Virus record (IMG/VR): IMGVR_UViG_3300032038_000059
Span: 9,297 to 73,296 of that record
Source: a virus
Lineage: Duplodnaviria > Caudoviricetes
DNA length: 64,000 nt
Direction: 5' to 3' (one strand)
Shown: piece after piece, positions 7,943 through 15,536 of the stretch
Layout of the letters: the number at the start of each line of letters is the position of its first letter
How positions within the stretch are numbered: the first letter of the stretch is position 1
The notes under the pieces: model-generated
Seen by the model: the letters and a program-made list of their open reading frames with translations, nothing else
Told to the model about the DNA's origin: nothing
Databases searched by the model: none
Translations under genes and position numbers: made by a program

Positions 7943-8718
7943 AATTACAGACACTTCTGAAATCCTATGTAGTAAGCTGTCCTATATTATGCTTTATTGA
8001 ATTAAGCTGACCTTTCCTTTTGATTTCCTATCCTGATATGTCCTACTACGGGAGAAATGCCCGTAATTCTATCTATTCGCTTTATACGCTTAATTAACGG
8101 AGTAAGGTATGCTGTAGTATGCTTATTTATGCTGTTGCGTCATGATCTAAACTGTCATAACATACGGATTACTCCGTTAACTAAATGCATATATCATCCG
8201 CTCAACAAGCAACACTGTCTTCGGCTATGCTGAGTTATAGTGCGTTGAATTGACCTGTATTTTCCTACGCTTGGCAATGTTGCCAGTAGAACGGACGATA
8301 ATTTATTTTGTTCTTAATTGAAATCTAGGATTTTATCATTTAGTGTTTTGATTTGATATAGAGCAAATATGCGCTCAACTAGCGATACGAACTTTTGCAA
8401 TGTCCTATACTGAATTTGTCTGCGCTAAAGTATTCTTCGCTGTTGTATGACTATCATGAAATATCGTTAGCTATTTCGGCTCATATCGCCGGGTGAACGC
8501 ATATTGTTTTATACTGTTTTATATTGTTAAAACGTATTCCATAGAAAGCTGTTCTTTCCTGTAATATTGTTGAGCAATTGGCTCGGAAGATGATGCAATG
8601 TTATGTTTTGTGATATGCAGTATTATCATGCTGTTTGTTGTTGCGTCATTCTCTTTGGGATTCTATCTTGTTCTACATGGTGCAAAATCTATTACACCAT
8701 CATCAGAACCAACCGCTC
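7943..8718 (-). ncRNA. Pentamer-repeat guide-like array, upstream part (7 tracts: 7968-8048, 8103-8167, 8216-8275, 8299-8368, 8386-8461, 8500-8569, 8599-8678)
   Basis: Strict 5-nt phase, e.g. tgtct tcggc tatgc tgagt tatag tgcgt tgaat tgacc tgtat tttcc tacgc ttggc; stems such as TTAACGGAGTAA/TTACTCCGTTAA; most stem mismatches become G-U pairs on the minus strand. Confidence 0.88.
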
Positions 8719-8726
8719 AGATACAT

Positions 8727-9221
8727 TTATGAAACTCTTAAAAACTCATCAATAGCTTCAATCACAGAATCAAGTTCCGTTAATCGCTGATATCTATTTT
8801 TGATACCTTCAAGTTCAATCTTTGCCCGATCCAGAAGCTTTTCGTATTCATCTTTATTCTCATAAAAGAACTTCACAGGTTTGTATGTACCTGTTCTAGA
8901 ACTGTCTGCTTCAACTAAGCGAAAAACAGTTTTCTCTTCTTCTTTAGTTTCAGGGTCTTCCCGAATAAGGACGAAATTCTTTACAAGACGTTGAGCCTGA
9001 ATCACACGATACTTTTCAGAAGCTACTTTGTTGTCCCATTCAAAGTAGTTATGCATCGCAGACTTCTTGTTTCTGGCGAGATCTACGATATCTGAAAGCG
9101 TTCTACTTTCACCGTCTCCGTAGATTTCATCGTAAGTCTTCTGCGGATCAATCCCTTTCATAATTCCCGGAAGTTTCCACCCGGCTTTCTGTGAGAAACT
9201 CCACACCGTATTTCCTTCCAT
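8727..9221 (-). CDS. Conserved phage protein next to the RAMP/array locus (candidate accessory factor)
   Basis: MHNYFEWDNKVASEKYRVIQAQRLV motif; immediately upstream of the array. Confidence 0.7.
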   Translation of the reverse strand: MEGNTVWSFSQKAGWKLPGIMKGIDPQKTYDEIYGDGESRTLSDIVDLARNKKSAMHNYFEWDNKVASEKYRVIQAQRLVKNFVLIREDPETKEEEKTVFRLVEADSSRTGTYKPVKFFYENKDEYEKLLDRAKIELEGIKNRYQRLTELDSVIEAIDEFLRVS

Positions 9222-9234
9222 TACTCTCTCCCCC

Positions 9235-11142
9235 TTAGTTAACAGTCAGTTCCTTATCATCTGAAACCTTAAGCAACACCATCTGCCCATCCATCTCAGG
9301 AAGGTTATCTGAAGATAAACATTCTGCATTATCAATGAAAACCGGGAGTTCTACTCCGTACAGCTTTCTGAACGTCTTGATAATCTGAAGACCTGCCGTA
9401 ATACGGTGACCACTATTCAAAGATGAATAAGGAACTCCGTTGTAAGTAATGGAGCAAGTTTCTTTAATGCCACCATTGATCTGGTTTTCAAATAATTTGA
9501 ACTCCAGTCCATCAAACTGAGAATTAATCAACGAAGATAATGCCTTGACGTAGTTCTCCAGTACGAAAAGCTTTCTCTCCGCATCAGAGATTCGCTGTGC
9601 AACACTCTTAAGTTCTTCCGTTTTCGCATCGATATCAGCTTCGATCTGCTGATTAATGCCGACCTGCGCCAAACTCTGCTGCACGGCAGAAATATTAGCC
9701 TTTATCTCAGAGCGTTTCTGCTCTAACTGAAATTTCTGATTCTGAAGTTCCGGGAGATCAACCATCTCTCCGTAAAGTTCCTGAATCTGCTTTTCCAGTT
9801 CGACATATTCAGGGAGATCTTTTCCGTCAGATATTGGCTGAGATTCGGCAGTTTTCAAAGTAGCCGAAACTTCTTCAAGTCTCGTCTTTAAGTTTTCAAA
9901 GGTCTTTTTCTGATTCTCCAGAGATGATTCAGATTCTGCGATCTGCTTCTCCAGTTCGCGAGTCTGAAGATAAAGTTCATTACCCTTATTCTTAGCGTTC
10001 TCAGTTTCATCTTTGTGTCTCTTCTCCCAATCAACCTTGATCTTTTCCAGATCCGTAGTGGGAAGCTTCTGACCACATCTTGGACAATACGATTCATTTT
10101 CTGGGAACTTCTCTTCCAACATCTTCTTGTACAGCTTCAGAAGATTGTTAACCTGTTCCTGCTTAGTTTTAAGACCATTCTTCTTCCGATTAATGTTGTT
10201 TTCTTCAGAAGTTAGCGAAAACTCTGCTATCTGGTATTCTCTCTGCACTGCATCAACAGCACTTCTGGCTTCTCGGACATCGGCACTACGTTTATCATTA
10301 GCAGCCAAGATTATTACTTTCTGCTGTGATTTGAGTTCTGTGATCTTCGATTCAATCGCTGAATTATTTACTTTGGAAACCTTAAAGATCTCTTCGTTTA
10401 CGGAATCGAGATCTAAATTGAGGGAGGATTCCTTTTCTCTTAACGTCTTCTCATCTACCTCGCGTATCTGTCCGTGAAGAGTATTGATTTCCACTGGCAG
10501 CTGTTCTTGACGCTTAGTCAGTTCTTTCTTTTCCAGAGAATATTTCTTCTTTACGGCATCAGGCGATTCCTGAAGAATGTCCGCAGATATCAAATCAAAG
10601 TAATCAACGTTCTTCCCCACTTCTTCCGGGGAGATATTGATCAGGCTCAGAAGTAACTTTCTCTGTTCTTTCCAATCCAAATTCGGAAACGTCATCGGAT
10701 TTGAGAGAATCTGGAAGACGTTTTCATCTACTATTGATGCTATGAAGTCCTCATACTCTCTAGCGGATTTCGGGAAGCCATTAATGAGATAGCTGTCCTT
10801 ATTTCCTGAGAATTCCTGTTCTTCCTGACCGCGCTTTTTCACCCATTTTTCCTCTTGGATGCGCTGAAGCGTTGTCTCTGTTCCATCAATCTCAGCCACA
10901 AGCGTGACGGATATTTTGGTGTGGTGAACCTTGTCACCATTCGAATCCAGTTCTCTGATCTCGAACTTCGAGTTGCCGTGACTGTCCGTTCCGAAGAATA
11001 ACCACCAGATGCTATCAATTACGGTTGTTTTCCCGGTTGCATTACGTCCAGAAATAACATTTGCAAGATCGTTGAAATCTATCTGTAAATTCCTTATGCC
11101 CTTGAAATTTTCAAAGGAAAGAGACTTAAATTTGACGTTCAT
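9235..11142 (-). CDS. SMC/SbcC-like AAA ATPase with coiled coil and CxxC hook
   Basis: FENFKGI, Walker A GRNATGKTT, YCPRCGQ, signature LNSGHR, Walker B PVFIDNAE. Confidence 0.9.
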   Translation of the reverse strand: MNVKFKSLSFENFKGIRNLQIDFNDLANVISGRNATGKTTVIDSIWWLFFGTDSHGNSKFEIRELDSNGDKVHHTKISVTLVAEIDGTETTLQRIQEEKWVKKRGQEEQEFSGNKDSYLINGFPKSAREYEDFIASIVDENVFQILSNPMTFPNLDWKEQRKLLLSLINISPEEVGKNVDYFDLISADILQESPDAVKKKYSLEKKELTKRQEQLPVEINTLHGQIREVDEKTLREKESSLNLDLDSVNEEIFKVSKVNNSAIESKITELKSQQKVIILAANDKRSADVREARSAVDAVQREYQIAEFSLTSEENNINRKKNGLKTKQEQVNNLLKLYKKMLEEKFPENESYCPRCGQKLPTTDLEKIKVDWEKRHKDETENAKNKGNELYLQTRELEKQIAESESSLENQKKTFENLKTRLEEVSATLKTAESQPISDGKDLPEYVELEKQIQELYGEMVDLPELQNQKFQLEQKRSEIKANISAVQQSLAQVGINQQIEADIDAKTEELKSVAQRISDAERKLFVLENYVKALSSLINSQFDGLEFKLFENQINGGIKETCSITYNGVPYSSLNSGHRITAGLQIIKTFRKLYGVELPVFIDNAECLSSDNLPEMDGQMVLLKVSDDKELTVN

Positions 11143-11399
11143 GTATCCTCCTCAACATTTAAGATTTTTCGAAGCACTTCGATCTTCACGGAGTCCGAAA
11201 TGCTGTAAATATCAATAGCCAAGATATTCTTGATGCATTCCATCTGCGCTTGCATCTCAGCGTTTTCCCTGATAAGATAAGAGATGTCTTTATTTATCTG
11301 GGCATCTGAGAGTATTGCCGTACTCATATCAGATGTCCTTCTCTTTTCCCCGGCGTAGATTTCTCCGTTCTTATATATCGCCAATGTCAATCCTCCCAA
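11139..11399 (-). CDS. Hypothetical protein
   Basis: Overlapping ORF in operon. Confidence 0.55.
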   Translation of the reverse strand: MGGLTLAIYKNGEIYAGEKRRTSDMSTAILSDAQINKDISYLIRENAEMQAQMECIKNILAIDIYSISDSVKIEVLRKILNVEEDT

Positions 11400-11680
11400 A
11401 ACAACTTAATCAATGCATAGATGCCAAGGTAACCACCTGCAATTGCGAGAAGCACGATAGATGTACTTGTGATTCTGTCTGCAATCTCGATCTCCCCGGC
11501 AACGCCGACAATCAGAAACAGTGCTGTAATGAGAAGCACTCCACCGATAAACTCGCCTATCGACATGAAGTCACCTTCGTAAGCTTCCAGAAATAATTTC
11601 TTTGCTTTCGTCATGAAAGCTTTTTTCATATTTTCGCGCTTAACCATCTTGCGCTCTTTCTTAAGTTCCTCGATACTCAT
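11387..11680 (-). CDS. Small membrane protein
   Basis: Two hydrophobic segments. Confidence 0.65.
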   Translation of the reverse strand: MSIEELKKERKMVKRENMKKAFMTKAKKLFLEAYEGDFMSIGEFIGGVLLITALFLIVGVAGEIEIADRITSTSIVLLAIAGGYLGIYALIKLFWED

Positions 11681-11910
11681 TGCTCTCTCCCCTTAATAAT
11701 TATTTCAATCCCCAGATACTTCCCCATTTCCCGGAGATCACCCAATTTGACGTTATCGATATCTGCAAGGCGTTTACTCAGCATCGGTTGCGAAATCCGC
11801 AGCTTCTTGGCGAGATCTTTCTGCTTGTAACGTCCGATCATCGCTTTCCTAAAACACAATTCGATATCTTCAGTTGCCCGATCGTAATCAGATAATTTCA
11901 CTTTCGGCAT
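11677..11910 (-). CDS. Small HTH DNA-binding protein
   Basis: KQKDLAKKLRISQPMLSKRL helix-turn-helix. Confidence 0.75.
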   Translation of the reverse strand: MPKVKLSDYDRATEDIELCFRKAMIGRYKQKDLAKKLRISQPMLSKRLADIDNVKLGDLREMGKYLGIEIIIKGREQ

Positions 11911-12689
11911 TATGTATGTCCGCAGTACCCGTTATCTTCTCTATTGAGAAAGCGATTCACGAAATACTGTTGTCCCTTCCCGGTCACCATAACCGTTTTT
12001 GTGATCCTTACAGACCCGTCTGGATTATTAACAGTACGTTCCTTGATCTTGAATAGCTCTCGTTCCATTGCATACTGTGTAGGAAGGTTCCTTGCCTCGC
12101 CTTTCTTCATGAGGTATCCATTATTACGAAACCAGTCGAATAATCGGTTCTGTCCTATTTCAATGCCGTTCCCCTTGAGGATCTTGGCAAGTTGTCCGAT
12201 TAGGATTGCATCGTCAGATATAGAAACTGCATCAGCGAAAATCTCTTTAGGTTTCATCCTGTGGTTATCTTCAAGGAGAAGACCGTTCTGCTTTTCAAGG
12301 CGCTCCGCTTCTTCTGCTTTATCAGCTAAAGCCCGAAGTGCTTCTGCATATGTCTGAGGAAGCTGATAACCACCAGTTTTACGAATGGACGGAAGGACTT
12401 CTGATGTAACCCAATGCTTAAACCGTTTCGCAGAATCCAATTTGCTTGAGAGAACTAAACTATAAAGACCAGATTCGTTAATAAGCCATCCACCTCTCTG
12501 CCCTAAACTCGATAACGATTCGTTATTGAGTTTGTCATCGTCATCAACATGATCCGCAAGTGCTTTACTCGGATTCTGGTATCCAAGTGCGACCGCAACG
12601 TCTTTGCCAACTAACCACGGTTCATTATCAACCATCACTGTCCTGACCGATCCAAATTCTGAGTTTTCAAAGATCTTGATGTCGTTCAT
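11910..12689 (-). CDS. Phage antirepressor (BRO-N plus ANT/KilAC)
   Basis: IFENSEFGSVRTV...PWLVGKDVA...INESGLYSL...FKHWVTSEVLPSIRKTG; MKPKEIFADAV...GQNRLF...VTGKGQQYF. Confidence 0.95.
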   Translation of the reverse strand: MNDIKIFENSEFGSVRTVMVDNEPWLVGKDVAVALGYQNPSKALADHVDDDDKLNNESLSSLGQRGGWLINESGLYSLVLSSKLDSAKRFKHWVTSEVLPSIRKTGGYQLPQTYAEALRALADKAEEAERLEKQNGLLLEDNHRMKPKEIFADAVSISDDAILIGQLAKILKGNGIEIGQNRLFDWFRNNGYLMKKGEARNLPTQYAMERELFKIKERTVNNPDGSVRITKTVMVTGKGQQYFVNRFLNREDNGYCGHT

Positions 12690-12937
12690 TCAGTTACCTC
12701 CTCTTTAAGTTCCGTTTCGTGAACTTTAGGAGTAAAAAAATATAACCCGATATCATCAGGCATGATGTCCAGTAGTTCACATGACTTTACGATATCTCCG
12801 TGCGTAAAGAATGTCTCCCCATTAAACACCAGAGATACAAAGTTGTGACTTCGCCCTAAAGCTTGAGCAAAAGCACCTTCCGTCTTCATCTTTTCTCTGA
12901 TTAAGCCACGGAGTTTAGAGTAATCATATTCGACCAA
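12686..12937 (-). CDS. Cro-like protein (DUF739-like)
   Basis: YDYSKLRGLIREK...FAQALG...IGLYFF; first gene of the lytic operon, divergent from the repressor. Confidence 0.85.
   Translation of the reverse strand: MVEYDYSKLRGLIREKMKTEGAFAQALGRSHNFVSLVFNGETFFTHGDIVKSCELLDIMPDDIGLYFFTPKVHETELKEEVTE
12708..12725. promoter_or_regulatory. Operator-like palindrome AGTTC-N8-GAACT upstream of the antirepressor
   Basis: agttccgtttcgtgaact; near-identical copy at 12972-12989. Confidence 0.65.
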
Positions 12938-12971
12938 AGCTGTTTTTCACCACCTTTCTATGTTTTAACTT

Positions 12972-13094
12972 TGTTCCGCTTCGTGAACTGTAATGATAAT
13001 ATCATGGTTATATACCATTGTCAACAAAAAAGTTTCGATTTGTGAATTATTTTTTCCAAGACCGATTGTAAATGTGAACTTTATAATGTATAAT
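12972..13094. promoter_or_regulatory. Lysis-lysogeny switch: divergent promoters and three operator-like sites
   Basis: Leftward TTGACA(13024-13019)-17-TATTAT; rightward TTGTAA(13066)-17-TATAAT(13089); GTTC-N8-GAAC-like sites at 12972, 13031 and 13063. Confidence 0.75.
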
Positions 13095-13128
13095 CATAGG
13101 TACAAACAGGGGAGAGAAATGGAGTGGT

Positions 13129-13518
13129 ATGGTTAGTACAGCAAAAAGATTGCAGGAATTGATAGATTATTACGGCATAAGTGCAGCCGAATTATCAAAG
13201 AGTGTTGGTATTGCTAAGTCTTCTATTTCAATGTGGCTTAATGGTCAGCGAACCATGCGTCAGGATAAGATCGGCTTAATCGCAAGACACTATAACATCG
13301 ACCCGGCTTGGCTCATGGGATATGATGTGCCGATGCATAGAACGGAAGATGTTTCTCAGGAAGATCCCGGAATTGTCGTAACTGATAAGGATAATCGCTT
13401 CAGTATTCATTTTCGTGACGGCAAGACGATGAGTGATGAAGATAAAAAGTTGCTCAAAGAACAGTTGGAAAACACTATCGATATCTTTTATAAATTGAGG
13501 GGAATTGATAAGAAGTGA
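13129..13518 (+). CDS. CI-like XRE-family repressor
   Basis: RLQELI...ISAAELSKSVGIAKSSISMWLNG...IDPAWLMGYDVPM. Confidence 0.92.
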   Translation: MVSTAKRLQELIDYYGISAAELSKSVGIAKSSISMWLNGQRTMRQDKIGLIARHYNIDPAWLMGYDVPMHRTEDVSQEDPGIVVTDKDNRFSIHFRDGKTMSDEDKKLLKEQLENTIDIFYKLRGIDKK

Positions 13519-14129
13519 TTAAGCCTAACTACAATAAATGCAAACAAACTGCAAATAAGATCCTTTTAGCACAGGAAGAATTGCCGCTAACTCCAAATGT
13601 CTTCCATATGCACTCCGATAAAAAGATCATCATCTCTTCCATTCAAGACTACTGTAAGATGCTTCATATTAACATTGGAGCATTCACATATGGGTATAAG
13701 ACGCTTAATGGCGTGAAGATCTATGACCGGGAGCGAGATATCTATACAATTCTATATAACGGATATTCAAACCGTTTAATCAGTGTTCGGTGGGATATAG
13801 CGCATGAACTTGGGCATATATTTCTTGAGCATAAAGATGAGAGCGATGTTGAAGAAACTGAAGCGAACACATTTGCAAGACAGTTGCTGATGCCTGAGTA
13901 TACCGTATTGCGAATCTGGACGGATTATAAAATTATCAATACACAAGCATTCTCGGCTATCTTCGATGTATCGCCTACTGTTGCAAGTTACCTAATTCAG
14001 AATCTTAAGAAACGAGGATGTATCAGAGTAACATCCGATGACATTGAAATATGGGAAAGGCAGAAAGGATATGTAGAAGAAAGAATCTCTTATGCAGAGA
14101 GGTTCTATGATCTAGAAGCAATGATTTAA
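13515..14129 (+). CDS. ImmA/IrrE-family metallo-endopeptidase (anti-repressor protease)
   Basis: RWDIAHELGHI (HExxH) and E.EANTFARQLLMP; directly after the repressor. Confidence 0.9.
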   Translation: MIKPNYNKCKQTANKILLAQEELPLTPNVFHMHSDKKIIISSIQDYCKMLHINIGAFTYGYKTLNGVKIYDRERDIYTILYNGYSNRLISVRWDIAHELGHIFLEHKDESDVEETEANTFARQLLMPEYTVLRIWTDYKIINTQAFSAIFDVSPTVASYLIQNLKKRGCIRVTSDDIEIWERQKGYVEERISYAERFYDLEAMI

Positions 14130-14136
14130 CCATCAT

Positions 14137-14168
14137 AAAATGCACGTTCCATCTACGTGTATTTTTTG
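14137..14168 (+). terminator. Hairpin/terminator between immA and int
   Basis: AAAATGCACG-ttccatcta-CGTGTATTTTTT. Confidence 0.5.
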
Positions 14169-14193
14169 TACTCATTTTTAAGGGAGAATAATT

Positions 14194-15222
14194 ATGGCGA
14201 AAGCAACATTGACACCATCTGGAAAATATAGATGCCAAGTATACATAGGCACTGATGCTGATGGAAAGCGTAAGTACAAAGTATTTACAGATGCAGATAA
14301 GCGAAGATGTGAAAGGAAAGCATCTGAGTTCGCAGATGAGCATCGAGTCGCAAAAAACTCAGATGAGATTGGTCATGCAATAGAACATTATATAACAATC
14401 AAAGAAGCTGTTTTAAGCCCTTCAACGATCAGGGGGTATGAAGCTATCAATCGAACCATTAAAACGTCCTATAGCGCGTTCTACGAGCGCAGAATGGCTA
14501 CTCTGGATAAGGATACTCTGCAGGAGTTCATAAATGACTTGCTGATGGATGGAAAGAAACCAAAAACGATCCGAAATATGGTTGGACTGGTAACGGCAGT
14601 CATCGATTACAATGACTACCATGTGCCGAAGACAAGACTCCCTGAACGCAAGAAACCAGACTTGCATATTCCAGACACGAAGGATGTGGCAAAGATCATC
14701 AAAGAAGCAGAAGGGACAGAAATGGAGATCCCGGTTTTACTCGCAGCTTTAGCTTCGATGAGAAGAAGCGAGATATGTGCTTTAACTCTTGATGACATAT
14801 CTGGCACAACAATCCATGTCCATAAAGCAATGGTTCTCAGTCCACGCGATAAATTTGTAACGAAAGGGACTAAGACGTATGACAGTGATAGATACATACC
14901 GATGCAAAAAGAGATCATCGACAAGATCATGAAGAAGGGATGCATCACCAACATCAAAACTCCCGGAGGACTTACAACTGGATTTGAGCGTATAGCTGAG
15001 AAGGTTGGATGCAAGGGGACAAGATTTCATGATCTCCGTCACTGGTGTGCAAGCTACCTTCATGCAAAGGGAGTCCCGGATCAGTACATCATGATAAGGG
15101 GAGGATGGAAGACGGATAGAGTGATGAAAGCTGTATACACACATGAACTCGCGTCCGAATCCGATAAATGGAATAAACAGATCGATAAGTATTTCGAAGA
15201 GGCTGTCAAGTTGCATGGCTAA
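14194..15222 (+). CDS. int: Tyrosine integrase
   Basis: MRRSEICAL (R), FHDLRH (HxxR), GGW, VYTH (Y); N-terminal arm-binding and SAM-like domains. Confidence 0.95.
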   Translation: MAKATLTPSGKYRCQVYIGTDADGKRKYKVFTDADKRRCERKASEFADEHRVAKNSDEIGHAIEHYITIKEAVLSPSTIRGYEAINRTIKTSYSAFYERRMATLDKDTLQEFINDLLMDGKKPKTIRNMVGLVTAVIDYNDYHVPKTRLPERKKPDLHIPDTKDVAKIIKEAEGTEMEIPVLLAALASMRRSEICALTLDDISGTTIHVHKAMVLSPRDKFVTKGTKTYDSDRYIPMQKEIIDKIMKKGCITNIKTPGGLTTGFERIAEKVGCKGTRFHDLRHWCASYLHAKGVPDQYIMIRGGWKTDRVMKAVYTHELASESDKWNKQIDKYFEEAVKLHG

Positions 15223-15527
15223 TTTTAAATCGCCAATAAATGCAGTAAAATTAAGTTGCTTCAAGTTGCATTTTAAGTTGCACAGCAAGTTGCATCGATA
15301 TTCTTTGTGCAAATTTACTATAACTCTCAGGAATAAAATATAAGCAATATGAATAAAAAACGCCTGATTTTTCGTGAAAATGGCACAAAAAAAGACCGAT
15401 TAGCCCTTGAAAAATAATGGAAAATCGGTCTAAAAACGGAGAGTGTGGGATTCGAACCCAGAACTAACCTCTAAAAAGCGTTGATTTTACTGCATTTTTT
15501 AACGCTCAAGTTGCATTTTAAGTTGCA
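15206..15527. other. attP: core matching a tRNA-Ser 3' end (15437-15460) flanked by arm-type repeats
   Basis: Reverse complement of 15437-15460 is TGGGTTCGAATCCCACACTCTCCG (T-arm plus acceptor); AAGTTGC(A/T) occurs once near 15206, four times in 15251-15295 and twice in 15506-15527. Confidence 0.85.
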
Positions 15528-15536
15528 TATTTAAAA

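Noticed and set aside
7911-7945. Twelfth guide tract
   Set aside because: Only about 4 pentamers in a short hairpin; at most a degenerate remnant
6799-8718. Classical CRISPR array
   Set aside because: No constant 25-40 bp direct repeats with unique spacers and no cas1/cas2; the structure is pentamer-periodic instead
10070-10095. Self-target of the 6903-6972 tract in the ATPase YCPRCG codons
   Set aside because: Only 6 consecutive dinucleotides match and the upstream ones do not; likely a shared common motif
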